A DNA stretch of 64,000 nucleotides, taken from IMG/VR virus record IMGVR_UViG_3300025128_008688. The stretch is one strand, 5' to 3'. Both the position numbers and the translations under genes were made by a program. The stretch is from an uncultured virus (IMG/VR IMGVR_UViG_3300025128_008688) (Duplodnaviria; Heunggongvirae; Uroviricota; Caudoviricetes). How positions within the stretch are numbered: the stretch's first letter is position 1; each line of letters opens with the position of its first letter. This document shows, one piece after another, positions 26,817-37,050 of the stretch. Under the pieces are notes generated by a model, which was given only the letters and a program-made list of their open reading frames with translations, was not told the origin of the DNA and searched no databases.

Positions 26817-27882
26817 AAATAATCCCTTCCTCTGGATATAATACCATCTTCTTCGAGCTCTTTGCTATGTTCCCAGCCTGAATACCATTACTCTCTACAA
26901 ATATTGTAGCGCTAGAGGCAGAAAAAAGGTCCGACTTAAACGAGCTAACATTTTTGTTATGATCTCTTCCTGATAAACCATCTCTATCTACCCTAGTATT
27001 AGAGGGGTACATAAAAAGCTCACCATATCTAACCCCTTTATCTCTTAGCCACTTTTCAGTTATTTCCCGATATTTCTCTAATCTACCGGTTACGAGCCCT
27101 TTTGCTTCAAATAAACTCGGCGTCATCTGAGGTATATTATCTACAGAGCTTATATACTCTATGTACTTCTCACCATCATCACATAACTCGGGAGGAACAT
27201 CTGGGCATAATATTCCATCTATATCTAATAAGCAATTTTTCATTACCGAACAGTTAAAAAAACACCATTCATAAAAACAACTAGCAGTTATTATCTCTGC
27301 AAAAATATCTAAATCAGCTGCCTTTCTTTCACTAGCATAAACAGCACTATAAATATATTTACCTTTTGGTAAGATTTTCTTTGCTGCTCTTAGAGCCGAG
27401 CCTTTCCATATAGTATCATCTATAACAAGGATATTCCCTTCTCTTGGCTCATATGAACACATACGAACACCGCCTGAGAAAGATCTTCCATTGCATTTCA
27501 CAACCTTGCCTTCACTCAGCGTGTATAGAGGTATTGATAGGAAAGTAGATATCACAGATGCGGGAAGCATTCCGGATCTTGGGATTCCGATAACTCCAGA
27601 TATGTTATACTTAGAGAGTTGTGGAATTATTTTTTCTATGCATGCTTGAACCAAGTCTTTGGTCTTAAAAAACTTCCTGTGTGTCCGAGTTATTTTTCGT
27701 GCCGAATCCCTTCTTTTTCTTCTGTTGTATTCGTTTTTTATATGACCCCTCTCATAGGCACTCGCATTCTGACATATAGCAAGCTCACAATCAGTTTTTA
27801 TCTCATACTGATGAGTATCGCAATATCCGATAGAATCACATCTGCAAGAGTGAATAGGTTCAGGATCGTCCATTATTAGCAC
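26794..27882 (-). CDS. phosphoribosyltransferase + HAD-like fusion protein
   Basis: GIPRSG and ILVIDDTIWKG (PRPP-binding loop); LLDIDGIL, LVTGR (HAD motifs I and II). Confidence 0.75.
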   Translation of the reverse strand: MLIMDDPEPIHSCRCDSIGYCDTHQYEIKTDCELAICQNASAYERGHIKNEYNRRKRRDSARKITRTHRKFFKTKDLVQACIEKIIPQLSKYNISGVIGIPRSGMLPASVISTFLSIPLYTLSEGKVVKCNGRSFSGGVRMCSYEPREGNILVIDDTIWKGSALRAAKKILPKGKYIYSAVYASERKAADLDIFAEIITASCFYEWCFFNCSVMKNCLLDIDGILCPDVPPELCDDGEKYIEYISSVDNIPQMTPSLFEAKGLVTGRLEKYREITEKWLRDKGVRYGELFMYPSNTRVDRDGLSGRDHNKNVSSFKSDLFSASSATIFVESNGIQAGNIAKSSKKMVLYPEEGIIYEREYAE

Positions 27883-28826
27883 CCAGCAGGAGGCTTTGGT
27901 GTTGCAATAACCCTCATACTTACATTGCCTGTACAGGGAGAAGTATCATCATCAACAGCTCCCCTACAGCAGTCACAGTGCCATAGCTCATTGTGAATTT
28001 CAAAGACAACCTTCCAGTTATCTGCATTTCCGGAACCGCACTCTGCTGATACCATTGGCCAAGTAAAAATATTATCTCCTTGAGGTGAACATTCGTTTGG
28101 AGGAATGTAATACTCAGAATAAGCGTCAATAACAGGGCATGTGCAGAAGTCGCCATCCTCCCAGTGTGCTCCGGGAGGTGGATTGTGCCTAGCAGACCAA
28201 GAGAACCTTAGCTGATATCGACAACCGTGACATTCATCACTGAAAGAAGCCGCTTGAGCTGCAGAACTATACAGATCGCAACAAGCCAGACTTATTAGTA
28301 TCTCTTCTCCGCTACCTCCAGCGCAGGTGCCAGTTATTCCGGCACTTCCGGGAGCGCATAAAGTAATAGGAGCATAACTTCCACCCCCATCAGGAGTAGC
28401 CCACTTTTCATGCGGCCACTCAAGAAGGCTTTTTCTGAAGTCTTGATGAACATTAACTGTAGCTGACGGGTCATCACAACCTATGGCTGTAGGATCATAG
28501 CAGGGCGTGCCCCCAACATTTTTTGTAGTCCCATATGGGGCGTTAGCGTTTTGCAGAGCTATACCAGCGGCTCTATCTAACTCTATAACTGTCCCATTAA
28601 GGTTCTGACAAGTACCGCCAAGGTCTTGGAAAGTAAGACAGATATTCCCAGTAGGAGGACACGGACAACAGTGCGCTGGACACGAGTTCAAGCCAACTGG
28701 CAATCCGGTTGAGCAAACTTGGCAACAATAGCAACAAGTATCGCCTGAGCCACTCGCATAAGGGCTGCCATATCCCGGCCCTATCTGTATTGTCTTCTTT
28801 GGAGTTCCAGTTCTATCTGCTGACAT
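27876..28826 (-). CDS. Cys-rich putative virion/tail-associated protein
   Basis: 316 aa with many Cys (CCYCCQVC, HCCPCP, HCDCC); follows the giant tail protein. Confidence 0.55.
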   Translation of the reverse strand: MSADRTGTPKKTIQIGPGYGSPYASGSGDTCCYCCQVCSTGLPVGLNSCPAHCCPCPPTGNICLTFQDLGGTCQNLNGTVIELDRAAGIALQNANAPYGTTKNVGGTPCYDPTAIGCDDPSATVNVHQDFRKSLLEWPHEKWATPDGGGSYAPITLCAPGSAGITGTCAGGSGEEILISLACCDLYSSAAQAASFSDECHGCRYQLRFSWSARHNPPPGAHWEDGDFCTCPVIDAYSEYYIPPNECSPQGDNIFTWPMVSAECGSGNADNWKVVFEIHNELWHCDCCRGAVDDDTSPCTGNVSMRVIATPKPPAGC

Positions 28827-28896
28827 TTATAAATCCTATATAATCCTACATACTATACTTATATTATATACGCTATAAGCGACAAAAGGTTACAAA

Positions 28897-31800
28897 TTAA
28901 CCACATCCGGGATTAGCACAATCACAGAATCCACCATCATTAGTTATTCCTTTGAACAAGCCACAGTCACTGAAGTTTAGAGTGACATAGTTAATTGACA
29001 GTTTATCACCCGTGCAGCATACATCTCTAACGACTGTTATTCCAGTTGAAGTTCCTCCAGCACAGAAAGGATCAAGCTCAATATCTATTCCACATGCGTC
29101 ACCTGCAGTTGCAGTAGCCTTGATGCCACAACCAAAGTTGAAATCCTCTATAGGTCTAGAGAAGTTTCCTGAGCAGGCTGTTACGTTGAAATATGTTCCG
29201 ATATTTTGCACGCAAGCATTTGTTCCATTTTTGACAAATGCTATACCCGGACCTGCACCTATCGTTCGTATATCTTGATTGACGCTGGGCGCTGACAATG
29301 CAGTGAACGCACCGCATGCTAGCTTTCCGTTATACTCTAAAGGTATTGCATCTAAGAAATAATCACAGCTTCCTGATGCAGTAAACTTAACACCATTTCT
29401 AGCAAAAATATTCCTAAAATGATTATGCTGGGCATTAGTAGGAGAACTGGTTGGATCTCCGCAGCCGTCTTCACTAGGGACATTAGCAAGGCCCATGTAA
29501 ATATCAACAGATGCGGTGCCATCAGCAGAAACCTCACCTATCCTTAAACCTGTCCTGAAATCAACGCAACTAACACCTTCGCATGATGTTATCGCTCCTG
29601 CAGGTGTACATGCCGCTGTGTCTTTAATTGGTGTGCATGAGTGAATTGTAAACTCACATGCTTTCGCAGCGTTAGCCGCACCTTCGTCAATGACGCTCAT
29701 GCCACTACCAAAGTTCAACTTGGAGAAGAACTTGTAATCAAAGTCATCGTCTGGACTGCAATAGCTAGCGGTAGACTTAATATAGTGATCAGCAGAAATA
29801 CCGTACTCACATTTGCCACCAGCTATTTCATGAAGGCGAAGGCCTGTTCCGGCAACAAGTGTCCTGAAGTAAGTTCCTCCAAGACTGAGGTCTGCTGGTC
29901 TAGATACAGTAGGTGTCCATCCGCAATATGCCTCGTCTCTTATAAACCTTTCAGTGTGAATATTGTACTCGCAGTTACTGCCTCTTAGTATGAATCCAGT
30001 GCCGAGTGTAAGCTGATCGAAGTGAACAGGACCATCAACACTTCTGGTGTTGTTACAATGCTGGGTAGAGTCTATTAATCTTCTGGCATTAACTATTGTT
30101 GTCTTAAAATCTGGAGCAGCTCTATATATTCTTAATCCAGTTCCATAGGTTGTGCACTCAGTATCGCTACATGCATTTATAGGGGCCTCACTAGGAGTGC
30201 TCGGAGGCGTATATCCGCAGTATCCTGAGCCTCTAGTTTGATGGACTGAGCCACTTCCGCTTCCACCTGAACCACAGGCAAATATATGATACTCACAATC
30301 TCCTCCGGTTACGCCTATACCCTCTCCAAAGAATAGGTGCGTGAATGGTTGCTTATTGATACTAGTGCTTGTATCCTCGCACGTTGTATCTGTAGATGTT
30401 ATATACTGAGGTGCAGCTATCTCGTAATTACAATTGCCAAGATCTGTGACTGCAATACCCGTGCTAAACTTCAGATCCTTAAAGAACTTTTTACCAGCTA
30501 TAGAAGCTAGACCACAGTTGGCGCCATGACTAATAGTTCTGTCAGAGTCAATTGTGAACAAGCAGTCCGAGCCTTCAGATATGACAAGCCCAGAACCAAA
30601 TTCTAGCGTCTTAAAGAACTCAGCGTTGGTTTCGGTATAACAAGTAGCATCAGAGTGTTTAATCGAGTGATTAGCATCAATTCTATACGTGCAATTCGAT
30701 TCTGCTTTTAAGTTCAGACCAGAACCTAAATTCAATGTATTAAAGTGAGCTTCAGCAACCGCTGATTCACCGCATGTACTTGTCTTCTTAATCTTTCTAT
30801 ATGCAGAGATATTAAATTCGCAGTTAGAGGCTGAATCAACCTTTATACCAGAACTAAAATTAAGTGTTCTAAACTGAGTCTCAGCAACCGCTGGCACACC
30901 GCAATCAGCAGTTTTCTTAATCTTAAAGTCGGCATCTATAAAGTACGTGCAGTCTCCAGCATCTTGCACTCTGAGTCCGCTTCTTGCCTTCAATGTCTTA
31001 AAGAATGCGTCAGATATGGTAGTTGGCTGGTTACAAGAAGTAATATCGGTAATATAGTGATTTGCATTTACTCGGTACTGACAGTTACCCATATCCTGCA
31101 GATAAAGACCTGTACCAAAGTCCAGCCTATTAAAGAACTCGTATGAGCCTACTTTATGATTGCTCTGGCAAAGATTAGTATCTTTTACATAATGATCTGC
31201 TTCTATTGAAAAATCTTTACAGTCACCTTCCGTAAAAGCATTGAGCTTGAGCCCTTTATCAAAGGCTAGGTTTCTGAATAAATTTCTGCCGTTTACAGAA
31301 GGGTTATAGTTGCAATAACCAGAATCTTCAACGGTTACATTTAACCCTATAACAAAGTCGCAGTCCGAAGCATCAGAGACCTTAATACCACTTGTGAACT
31401 TAAGATCTTGGAAGAATTTCTTATCTACTTCAACACCATCGGATTCGCAAGGATCTGCAGATATAGTCCTATCAGAATCTATGTTGAATGCACAAGTACC
31501 CGTGCTGTCAATTGTAAGGCCGGAACGGAATATTAGCCTGTCAAATATAGAAGCGGCACTGCTGCCTCCTGCACAAACTCCAGAATCTTCTATCCACATT
31601 GGAGATGTTATTTCAAAGTCACAAGCATTCTCATTTGCCTGAACAACCAGACCAGTGCTGAACTTAAGGTGTCTAAAGAACTTATCGCTTACCGTGTCTC
31701 CACTGCAATATGGTGCTGCGCTAATATTATGGTCTGCATGGAATGTATAATTACAATCTCCAGTATTTTTCAGATAAAGACCTGTTCCCGCAACGATAGT

Positions 31801-33100
31801 CCTAAAGAAGTTTTCATTAGGATAACTCGAAGTCCTTCCACAATAGTCATCTCCTCTGACAAATCTTTCTGCACTTATTTCATAACCGCAATCAGATCCA
31901 CCACTCTCAACTATAAGCCCACTCTTAAACGACAAATCAGTGAACACCGCATTAGTTACTAAATCCCTTCCGGGAGGACAAGGATGAAGGTCTGATATTT
32001 TGAAGTCTGCATCTATTGATGCTACACAGTCTTCCAACTCAAGCTTAAGACCTGTACCTACGACAATATCATCAAAGAAAGAAAACTCTCCCGTGCCATC
32101 ATCGCCACATGGAGACGACGCTATCTCGTGCTGGGCATCAATCGTGAAGACGCAGCCATCTCCACTCACAGATAGACCAGAACCAAATTTTAGCTCAGTA
32201 AAGAACTCGTTAGATACAAGGTCGCCGTTTCCGGTATTGGTGCAGTATCCCTCATCTGACACAGTATGGTCAGCATGAATTGTCGGATTGCAACTATCTG
32301 ATCCTGAGGCTGTGCCGACGTATAACCCACTTCCAAAAGTCAGACATTCAAAAACATGACAGTCGGAAGACCCCGTCCCGTTACCTACTCCGCAATACCC
32401 CTCGCTAGCAACTTTATAAGGTCTGGCGTGAACAGATATAGACTGAGTGCAAGACTCCCCTGTCTCTCCTGTATATACATTAAGACCCGAGCCAAAGTCT
32501 ATATGAGTGTACTTAACACTCGGAACCCCTGCTCCCTCTCCGGCTTTTATCTCCGCATAGCCAAGCTGATCTTCGGCAACCGCATCATCACATTGACCGC
32601 CAGTTAGACTACTAGCTGTGCTTATAACAGAAACTCGCGCGACTCCACAGTCACCACCGCCCTCTTCAGAGGCGCCACCCGCAAGACCAAACCCAAACTC
32701 TATAGACTGGGCTGCAGATGAGCCTTCACCAGAGCATACGGTAATATCTATACCTGCCAAGGTTGATATATTGAATTCAGTTTCACAATCAGTCTCTGAT
32801 ATAGTGAAACCTGTACCAAAAGTTAAATGAGTATATGGGAAACATATATCTGTATCTATCAGTCCGCTTTCAAATTCCTCTCTTTCAGCTCCAGTCAGTC
32901 CTGTCGGTATACAAGGTTCCACAGAAGAAGACAAGGTTAGGTCGCTATTAATCCTGAGCGCAAACATAAAATCGCCAGTATTTGTACCTGTCTGACACAT
33001 GGTTCCGCTTTTTATGTCGTCCGACGCAGGAAAGCCATCTTTAGGTATCTTATAAATCTCAGCAAAGACACCAGTTCCAGCTACTAAAGGAGTCTTCAAG
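28897..33100 (-). repeat. ~28 degenerate ~40-aa protein repeats
   Basis: consensus F-x-x-L-x-F-G-[ST]-G-L-x-[VL]-x(4-5)-C-x-[YF]-x-I-x-A-x-H-x-I-x(4-5)-C, counted by eye. Confidence 0.8.
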
Positions 33101-36100
33101 TCCCAGCCAGTAATAGGCGATAAAGCACTTATTGTGTTTAAATCTATAATCCCAGTATCTGAACAGGCTCCAGATTGATTGCCAGTTGCACACTGATGCC
33201 AATTCAAGACATCTACACAGAATGAAGGAGCACCTGCCGTGATAGGGTGATAAGCGCACTCTTCACTGTCCCAATAAGCTAAGACACTAGTGCCAGACTC
33301 TAGTGTTCCAGCGCCTGCAAGAGTATTACTGATCTTTATATTGTATCCAGTCGTAGGATGAATAAGTCCGCCCTCTGAGTCATAGGCTGGTCTAGGGTTA
33401 CTGATACGAGCATCTCCGGTCATGCCTCCTTCAATCACTCCAGTCCCAATTTCAGCGTGAATTATTCTAAAGCTATTTGGAACTGTCCATACTGCCCTTT
33501 CTCTGTCATACCTTAGATCTAAAGGCGCTACAGGCCAAGTCTTGGGCTGACGTAGCCACTTATCTAAAAACTTATCCTTCAGTCCAGCAGTTGTAAAATT
33601 CCCCGCTTCGGCATTGCTAACAACATCCGCCTTATTAGGTACTGGTTTTCCTTCTAGGTCATATCCCCATCCTTGAATAAGTAAAGGACCTCTGGTTGCA
33701 ATAGCTCTAAGGTCTTGGGGATAGTTTCCAGTTCTGAGATTATGCATGTAGGTGTCTGGACTGTCTGCTCCAGAGCCGTGATTTAATCTCCTTACATTAT
33801 TATTACCATAGCCAGTGTGGTTAGGGTCATCTGAATGCTTACTATTATGATAAGTATAATAAGGATCTAGATAATCTATATTAATAGCGGGAGGGGTCCA
33901 GTCAAGGATAGGTGGGTTTACTTGTCTAGTGTTAGATCTATAAGCCAGAGGCATTGGCGACTCGCCAGTAGGGCATGCCTCCCCGTTTTTACTAGCATAG
34001 CGAGCAAGATGACTATTATTGGGTGCTGTGCCTGATTTACTTATGGGTAAATACAGAGCGTCCCAACTGACGAAAGAACCACTGTCATCAGGAGGTGTAT
34101 TCTTATACGTGTTACTGGATGGTGTGCTAGCATCTACAACCGGATCTTCTGAATGCGCAGCTACCCACTCGGGCTTTGCATTGGTTTGAGTCATAGCTAG
34201 AAGCTGACCGCCAGCATTTTCTACATTCTTTGCATCCTCAAGGGCCTTAACACTTCCTTTAAGACCTTTAATCTGTTTATCATGTTCAGCAAATTTCTTA
34301 TTCTGTTGATCCCTAAGCCTCTGGTCTCTAAGCATCGCTTGACGAGCTTTAGCAATTCTAGCAAGCCTATTGGCATTGTACTTAGCAAACTTACCGAACG
34401 TTGGTGCAAACGTATTGCACTGAATCGTTGTTGTTACTCCACCAACACCAATGTTTGCGGAAATATTAGTGATACTGGGCCCAAGTGTACCAGCCCAAGC
34501 TTCTGTATCGTAAAAGAAGTATGGGATGGCTATACCGCCTACTACGAGACTAGCCTGCTGAAGGCTAAATGTATTGAAACTTTCTAAGTCAGCATTAAGC
34601 TCTTGCCCTAATCTCTTCTTTGGGTATCCGGGCATAGTAAATGTACCCTTTTCGCCCTCTTGCATAAACGTAGCGCCATCTGCGGCTAACGTAAATCCTG
34701 CTTGCTGCATCTGTGAATAGCTATCATGTGTCCAAGGATTGAGAGAGGAGTCTTCTCTAAAAGACACCTGACCGGGAGGACCTTGAGCAAACCAAGGACC
34801 ATACCTATCGGTATTACTCTTCATCGGAAGAGCTACGCCACTAGGAACAAGCCTGTCAGGAGCTTCTGCCTTCGCATAGTCGCCTCTGATACCTTGCTTG
34901 TCACCATCTACCTTCTTCTTAAGGTTCGATATCTTCTCATCGTTCCAATCAGCTGGAGCAAACCCGTGCTTCTCTATAGTAAACAGACCTTTAACGGCCT
35001 TGTCTATATCATCACTTTTTGGCTCAACAGGATTGCTTATCTTGATAACAGCTGCAGCTTTGCCGTTATATTGATATACTTTTTCGTCTGGTGTTGCCGG
35101 AATGTATAGATTGTCATCAAAGACTATTACGCTGTCGGATTGCTCTGCATAAACTCCCGTTCCACTTGCGTCATAGCGTACAAAGCATTGAACTTTTCCG
35201 TCATCGCTCCTGAAGGTTTCGAGCTCAGGATTAGCTGCTGTTGGCTTCCATGTAAGACCCAATACATCAGTTCTTAGGCCAACTCCTTTATTAGTGCTAG
35301 GCCATCCTCCATCTGCTGTAGGATTATCAGAGTAATATACCTTTCCTGTATCTGCATCTGTATAGTAACAAACAAAGGGTAAACGAACAAGGAACTGCTT
35401 GCCCCAATGCTCATCGGCAAATTTAGATACAAAAGCATGTATCTTCTTCATATCCTCAGACTGCGCCTCTGTTAATTTCTGCAAATCGTTCTTGACGATC
35501 TTGGCAATCCCTTGGTCTTGACCGCCCTCTGGTGGATTCTTAGCATTAGCAAAAGGATTATTAGCTACGGGACCATCTTCGTCCTTGAATATAAGAGCAT
35601 ATGCACCAGCTATGAGCTGACCCATAGGAGTCATATTGCCTTCATCCCAAGCGAATATTAAACTTTTCCAAGTATCAAAAGAACCTAATGCAGCCTTTAT
35701 TTCATCTTCATATATGTATACTTGATCTGCCGGTAGCCCATTTTTTAGTCCCAAGTTTAAAGGTCTTAGATCAAGCTGGACTTTCCATTGTTCACCATAT
35801 CCATCTATATCTCCATATACAGCATTAATGAAATTACCATTGGAGTCAAAACCCCAGTGCTGTATTATATCTGTACCTGCAACAGGGTTAGCGGCATCTT
35901 CTTCATATATTGTTTGTATTGGAGAGCCATAGGTAAAGGTTTGAGTAGTCTCATTTCTAAGCTCTCTACCTATATTTTTTGATACTATATCTTCTTGGGC
36001 TTCTATAAAGACTTCTATTTCACCTAGAGTAGGCTGTGTCTTTCTTTTTGCAGTCCTAACCTTAATAACAGTATTCATAGAGCCATCTACTATAAGCTCT

Positions 36101-37038
36101 ATATAATAGTCACATCCAGTGAGGTCACAGATAGTCTGTATGAAGTTCATCAACGTGTCACTTGGACCGGGGAATCTGAACTCTTGATTGTACAGGTCAG
36201 GCAGATCAGTTATATCTACCATGTAGCTTCTTGTGTAACCATTTCCTCCATAATCACCTATTATAGGGGCGGAGAATCCATTAGAAGGAATCATTCCCAT
36301 CCCTTTGTTACCCTTGGTGGAATCATGCCCTTTATAAATTACTGCACCATAAGGAGAGAATTTAGGATGACTGTTACCAGTCAATAAGCTCTGCGTAGCT
36401 ATTTTTAGCCTATCATATCTAGTTCCCGCATCATTTGTCTGAGCTCCACCAAAGCCTCCAGCCGGTGATCCAAAAGATGCTCCATTTATCTGCTGCTGAG
36501 CGCAAGCTATACCTAAAGACTCTAGATAACCATAAGGATTAATAAGATTATAGAGACTTTCTACATTGTCTGCATAATTAGAGACAATCATAGTTAGGTT
36601 TTCAAGCAGAAGCCTCGGATCTGCTATAGTGACAGTGAAGGTAGGATTACTACTAGTAGAGTTGGTTTTTTCCCAGTTTTGAACTAAGCCAGCAAATTCA
36701 AAATCACCTAGTCTGAAATATACTGGAGCACCAATATCTGGATAGAAGAATCCGGGATCTTTTGATCGTGTACTCCCTTTATGACCCGGCCTGTCGTAGA
36801 ATACCTTTGATGGGGCATCTATGGGAACATCGCAGTTATCTTCAACTAATTTTACCGTTATTGTGCTCTGTTGGTCATTCCAGCCATGAGACATGGTAAC
36901 ATCTTGAATGCTACATCCCAAGAACATAGTCTGCTCAAAAGGTCCAACCTTAGTAGCTGGCCCACAGACTCTAGGCTGTTTAGTGCTTAGATCTTCTCCG
37001 TCAAAAGACGTGAAGGTACTCGGAAAGTGAAAAACCAT
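28897..37038 (-). CDS. giant tail/baseplate protein with C-terminal Cys-containing repeat fibre
   Basis: 2713 aa, two genes downstream of the tape measure; beta-rich N-terminal half, ~28 repeats in the C-terminal half. Confidence 0.7.
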   Translation of the reverse strand: MVFHFPSTFTSFDGEDLSTKQPRVCGPATKVGPFEQTMFLGCSIQDVTMSHGWNDQQSTITVKLVEDNCDVPIDAPSKVFYDRPGHKGSTRSKDPGFFYPDIGAPVYFRLGDFEFAGLVQNWEKTNSTSSNPTFTVTIADPRLLLENLTMIVSNYADNVESLYNLINPYGYLESLGIACAQQQINGASFGSPAGGFGGAQTNDAGTRYDRLKIATQSLLTGNSHPKFSPYGAVIYKGHDSTKGNKGMGMIPSNGFSAPIIGDYGGNGYTRSYMVDITDLPDLYNQEFRFPGPSDTLMNFIQTICDLTGCDYYIELIVDGSMNTVIKVRTAKRKTQPTLGEIEVFIEAQEDIVSKNIGRELRNETTQTFTYGSPIQTIYEEDAANPVAGTDIIQHWGFDSNGNFINAVYGDIDGYGEQWKVQLDLRPLNLGLKNGLPADQVYIYEDEIKAALGSFDTWKSLIFAWDEGNMTPMGQLIAGAYALIFKDEDGPVANNPFANAKNPPEGGQDQGIAKIVKNDLQKLTEAQSEDMKKIHAFVSKFADEHWGKQFLVRLPFVCYYTDADTGKVYYSDNPTADGGWPSTNKGVGLRTDVLGLTWKPTAANPELETFRSDDGKVQCFVRYDASGTGVYAEQSDSVIVFDDNLYIPATPDEKVYQYNGKAAAVIKISNPVEPKSDDIDKAVKGLFTIEKHGFAPADWNDEKISNLKKKVDGDKQGIRGDYAKAEAPDRLVPSGVALPMKSNTDRYGPWFAQGPPGQVSFREDSSLNPWTHDSYSQMQQAGFTLAADGATFMQEGEKGTFTMPGYPKKRLGQELNADLESFNTFSLQQASLVVGGIAIPYFFYDTEAWAGTLGPSITNISANIGVGGVTTTIQCNTFAPTFGKFAKYNANRLARIAKARQAMLRDQRLRDQQNKKFAEHDKQIKGLKGSVKALEDAKNVENAGGQLLAMTQTNAKPEWVAAHSEDPVVDASTPSSNTYKNTPPDDSGSFVSWDALYLPISKSGTAPNNSHLARYASKNGEACPTGESPMPLAYRSNTRQVNPPILDWTPPAINIDYLDPYYTYHNSKHSDDPNHTGYGNNNVRRLNHGSGADSPDTYMHNLRTGNYPQDLRAIATRGPLLIQGWGYDLEGKPVPNKADVVSNAEAGNFTTAGLKDKFLDKWLRQPKTWPVAPLDLRYDRERAVWTVPNSFRIIHAEIGTGVIEGGMTGDARISNPRPAYDSEGGLIHPTTGYNIKISNTLAGAGTLESGTSVLAYWDSEECAYHPITAGAPSFCVDVLNWHQCATGNQSGACSDTGIIDLNTISALSPITGWDLKTPLVAGTGVFAEIYKIPKDGFPASDDIKSGTMCQTGTNTGDFMFALRINSDLTLSSSVEPCIPTGLTGAEREEFESGLIDTDICFPYTHLTFGTGFTISETDCETEFNISTLAGIDITVCSGEGSSAAQSIEFGFGLAGGASEEGGGDCGVARVSVISTASSLTGGQCDDAVAEDQLGYAEIKAGEGAGVPSVKYTHIDFGSGLNVYTGETGESCTQSISVHARPYKVASEGYCGVGNGTGSSDCHVFECLTFGSGLYVGTASGSDSCNPTIHADHTVSDEGYCTNTGNGDLVSNEFFTELKFGSGLSVSGDGCVFTIDAQHEIASSPCGDDGTGEFSFFDDIVVGTGLKLELEDCVASIDADFKISDLHPCPPGRDLVTNAVFTDLSFKSGLIVESGGSDCGYEISAERFVRGDDYCGRTSSYPNENFFRTIVAGTGLYLKNTGDCNYTFHADHNISAAPYCSGDTVSDKFFRHLKFSTGLVVQANENACDFEITSPMWIEDSGVCAGGSSAASIFDRLIFRSGLTIDSTGTCAFNIDSDRTISADPCESDGVEVDKKFFQDLKFTSGIKVSDASDCDFVIGLNVTVEDSGYCNYNPSVNGRNLFRNLAFDKGLKLNAFTEGDCKDFSIEADHYVKDTNLCQSNHKVGSYEFFNRLDFGTGLYLQDMGNCQYRVNANHYITDITSCNQPTTISDAFFKTLKARSGLRVQDAGDCTYFIDADFKIKKTADCGVPAVAETQFRTLNFSSGIKVDSASNCEFNISAYRKIKKTSTCGESAVAEAHFNTLNLGSGLNLKAESNCTYRIDANHSIKHSDATCYTETNAEFFKTLEFGSGLVISEGSDCLFTIDSDRTISHGANCGLASIAGKKFFKDLKFSTGIAVTDLGNCNYEIAAPQYITSTDTTCEDTSTSINKQPFTHLFFGEGIGVTGGDCEYHIFACGSGGSGSGSVHQTRGSGYCGYTPPSTPSEAPINACSDTECTTYGTGLRIYRAAPDFKTTIVNARRLIDSTQHCNNTRSVDGPVHFDQLTLGTGFILRGSNCEYNIHTERFIRDEAYCGWTPTVSRPADLSLGGTYFRTLVAGTGLRLHEIAGGKCEYGISADHYIKSTASYCSPDDDFDYKFFSKLNFGSGMSVIDEGAANAAKACEFTIHSCTPIKDTAACTPAGAITSCEGVSCVDFRTGLRIGEVSADGTASVDIYMGLANVPSEDGCGDPTSSPTNAQHNHFRNIFARNGVKFTASGSCDYFLDAIPLEYNGKLACGAFTALSAPSVNQDIRTIGAGPGIAFVKNGTNACVQNIGTYFNVTACSGNFSRPIEDFNFGCGIKATATAGDACGIDIELDPFCAGGTSTGITVVRDVCCTGDKLSINYVTLNFSDCGLFKGITNDGGFCDCANPGCG

Positions 37039-37050
37039 TGATTATTCCTA

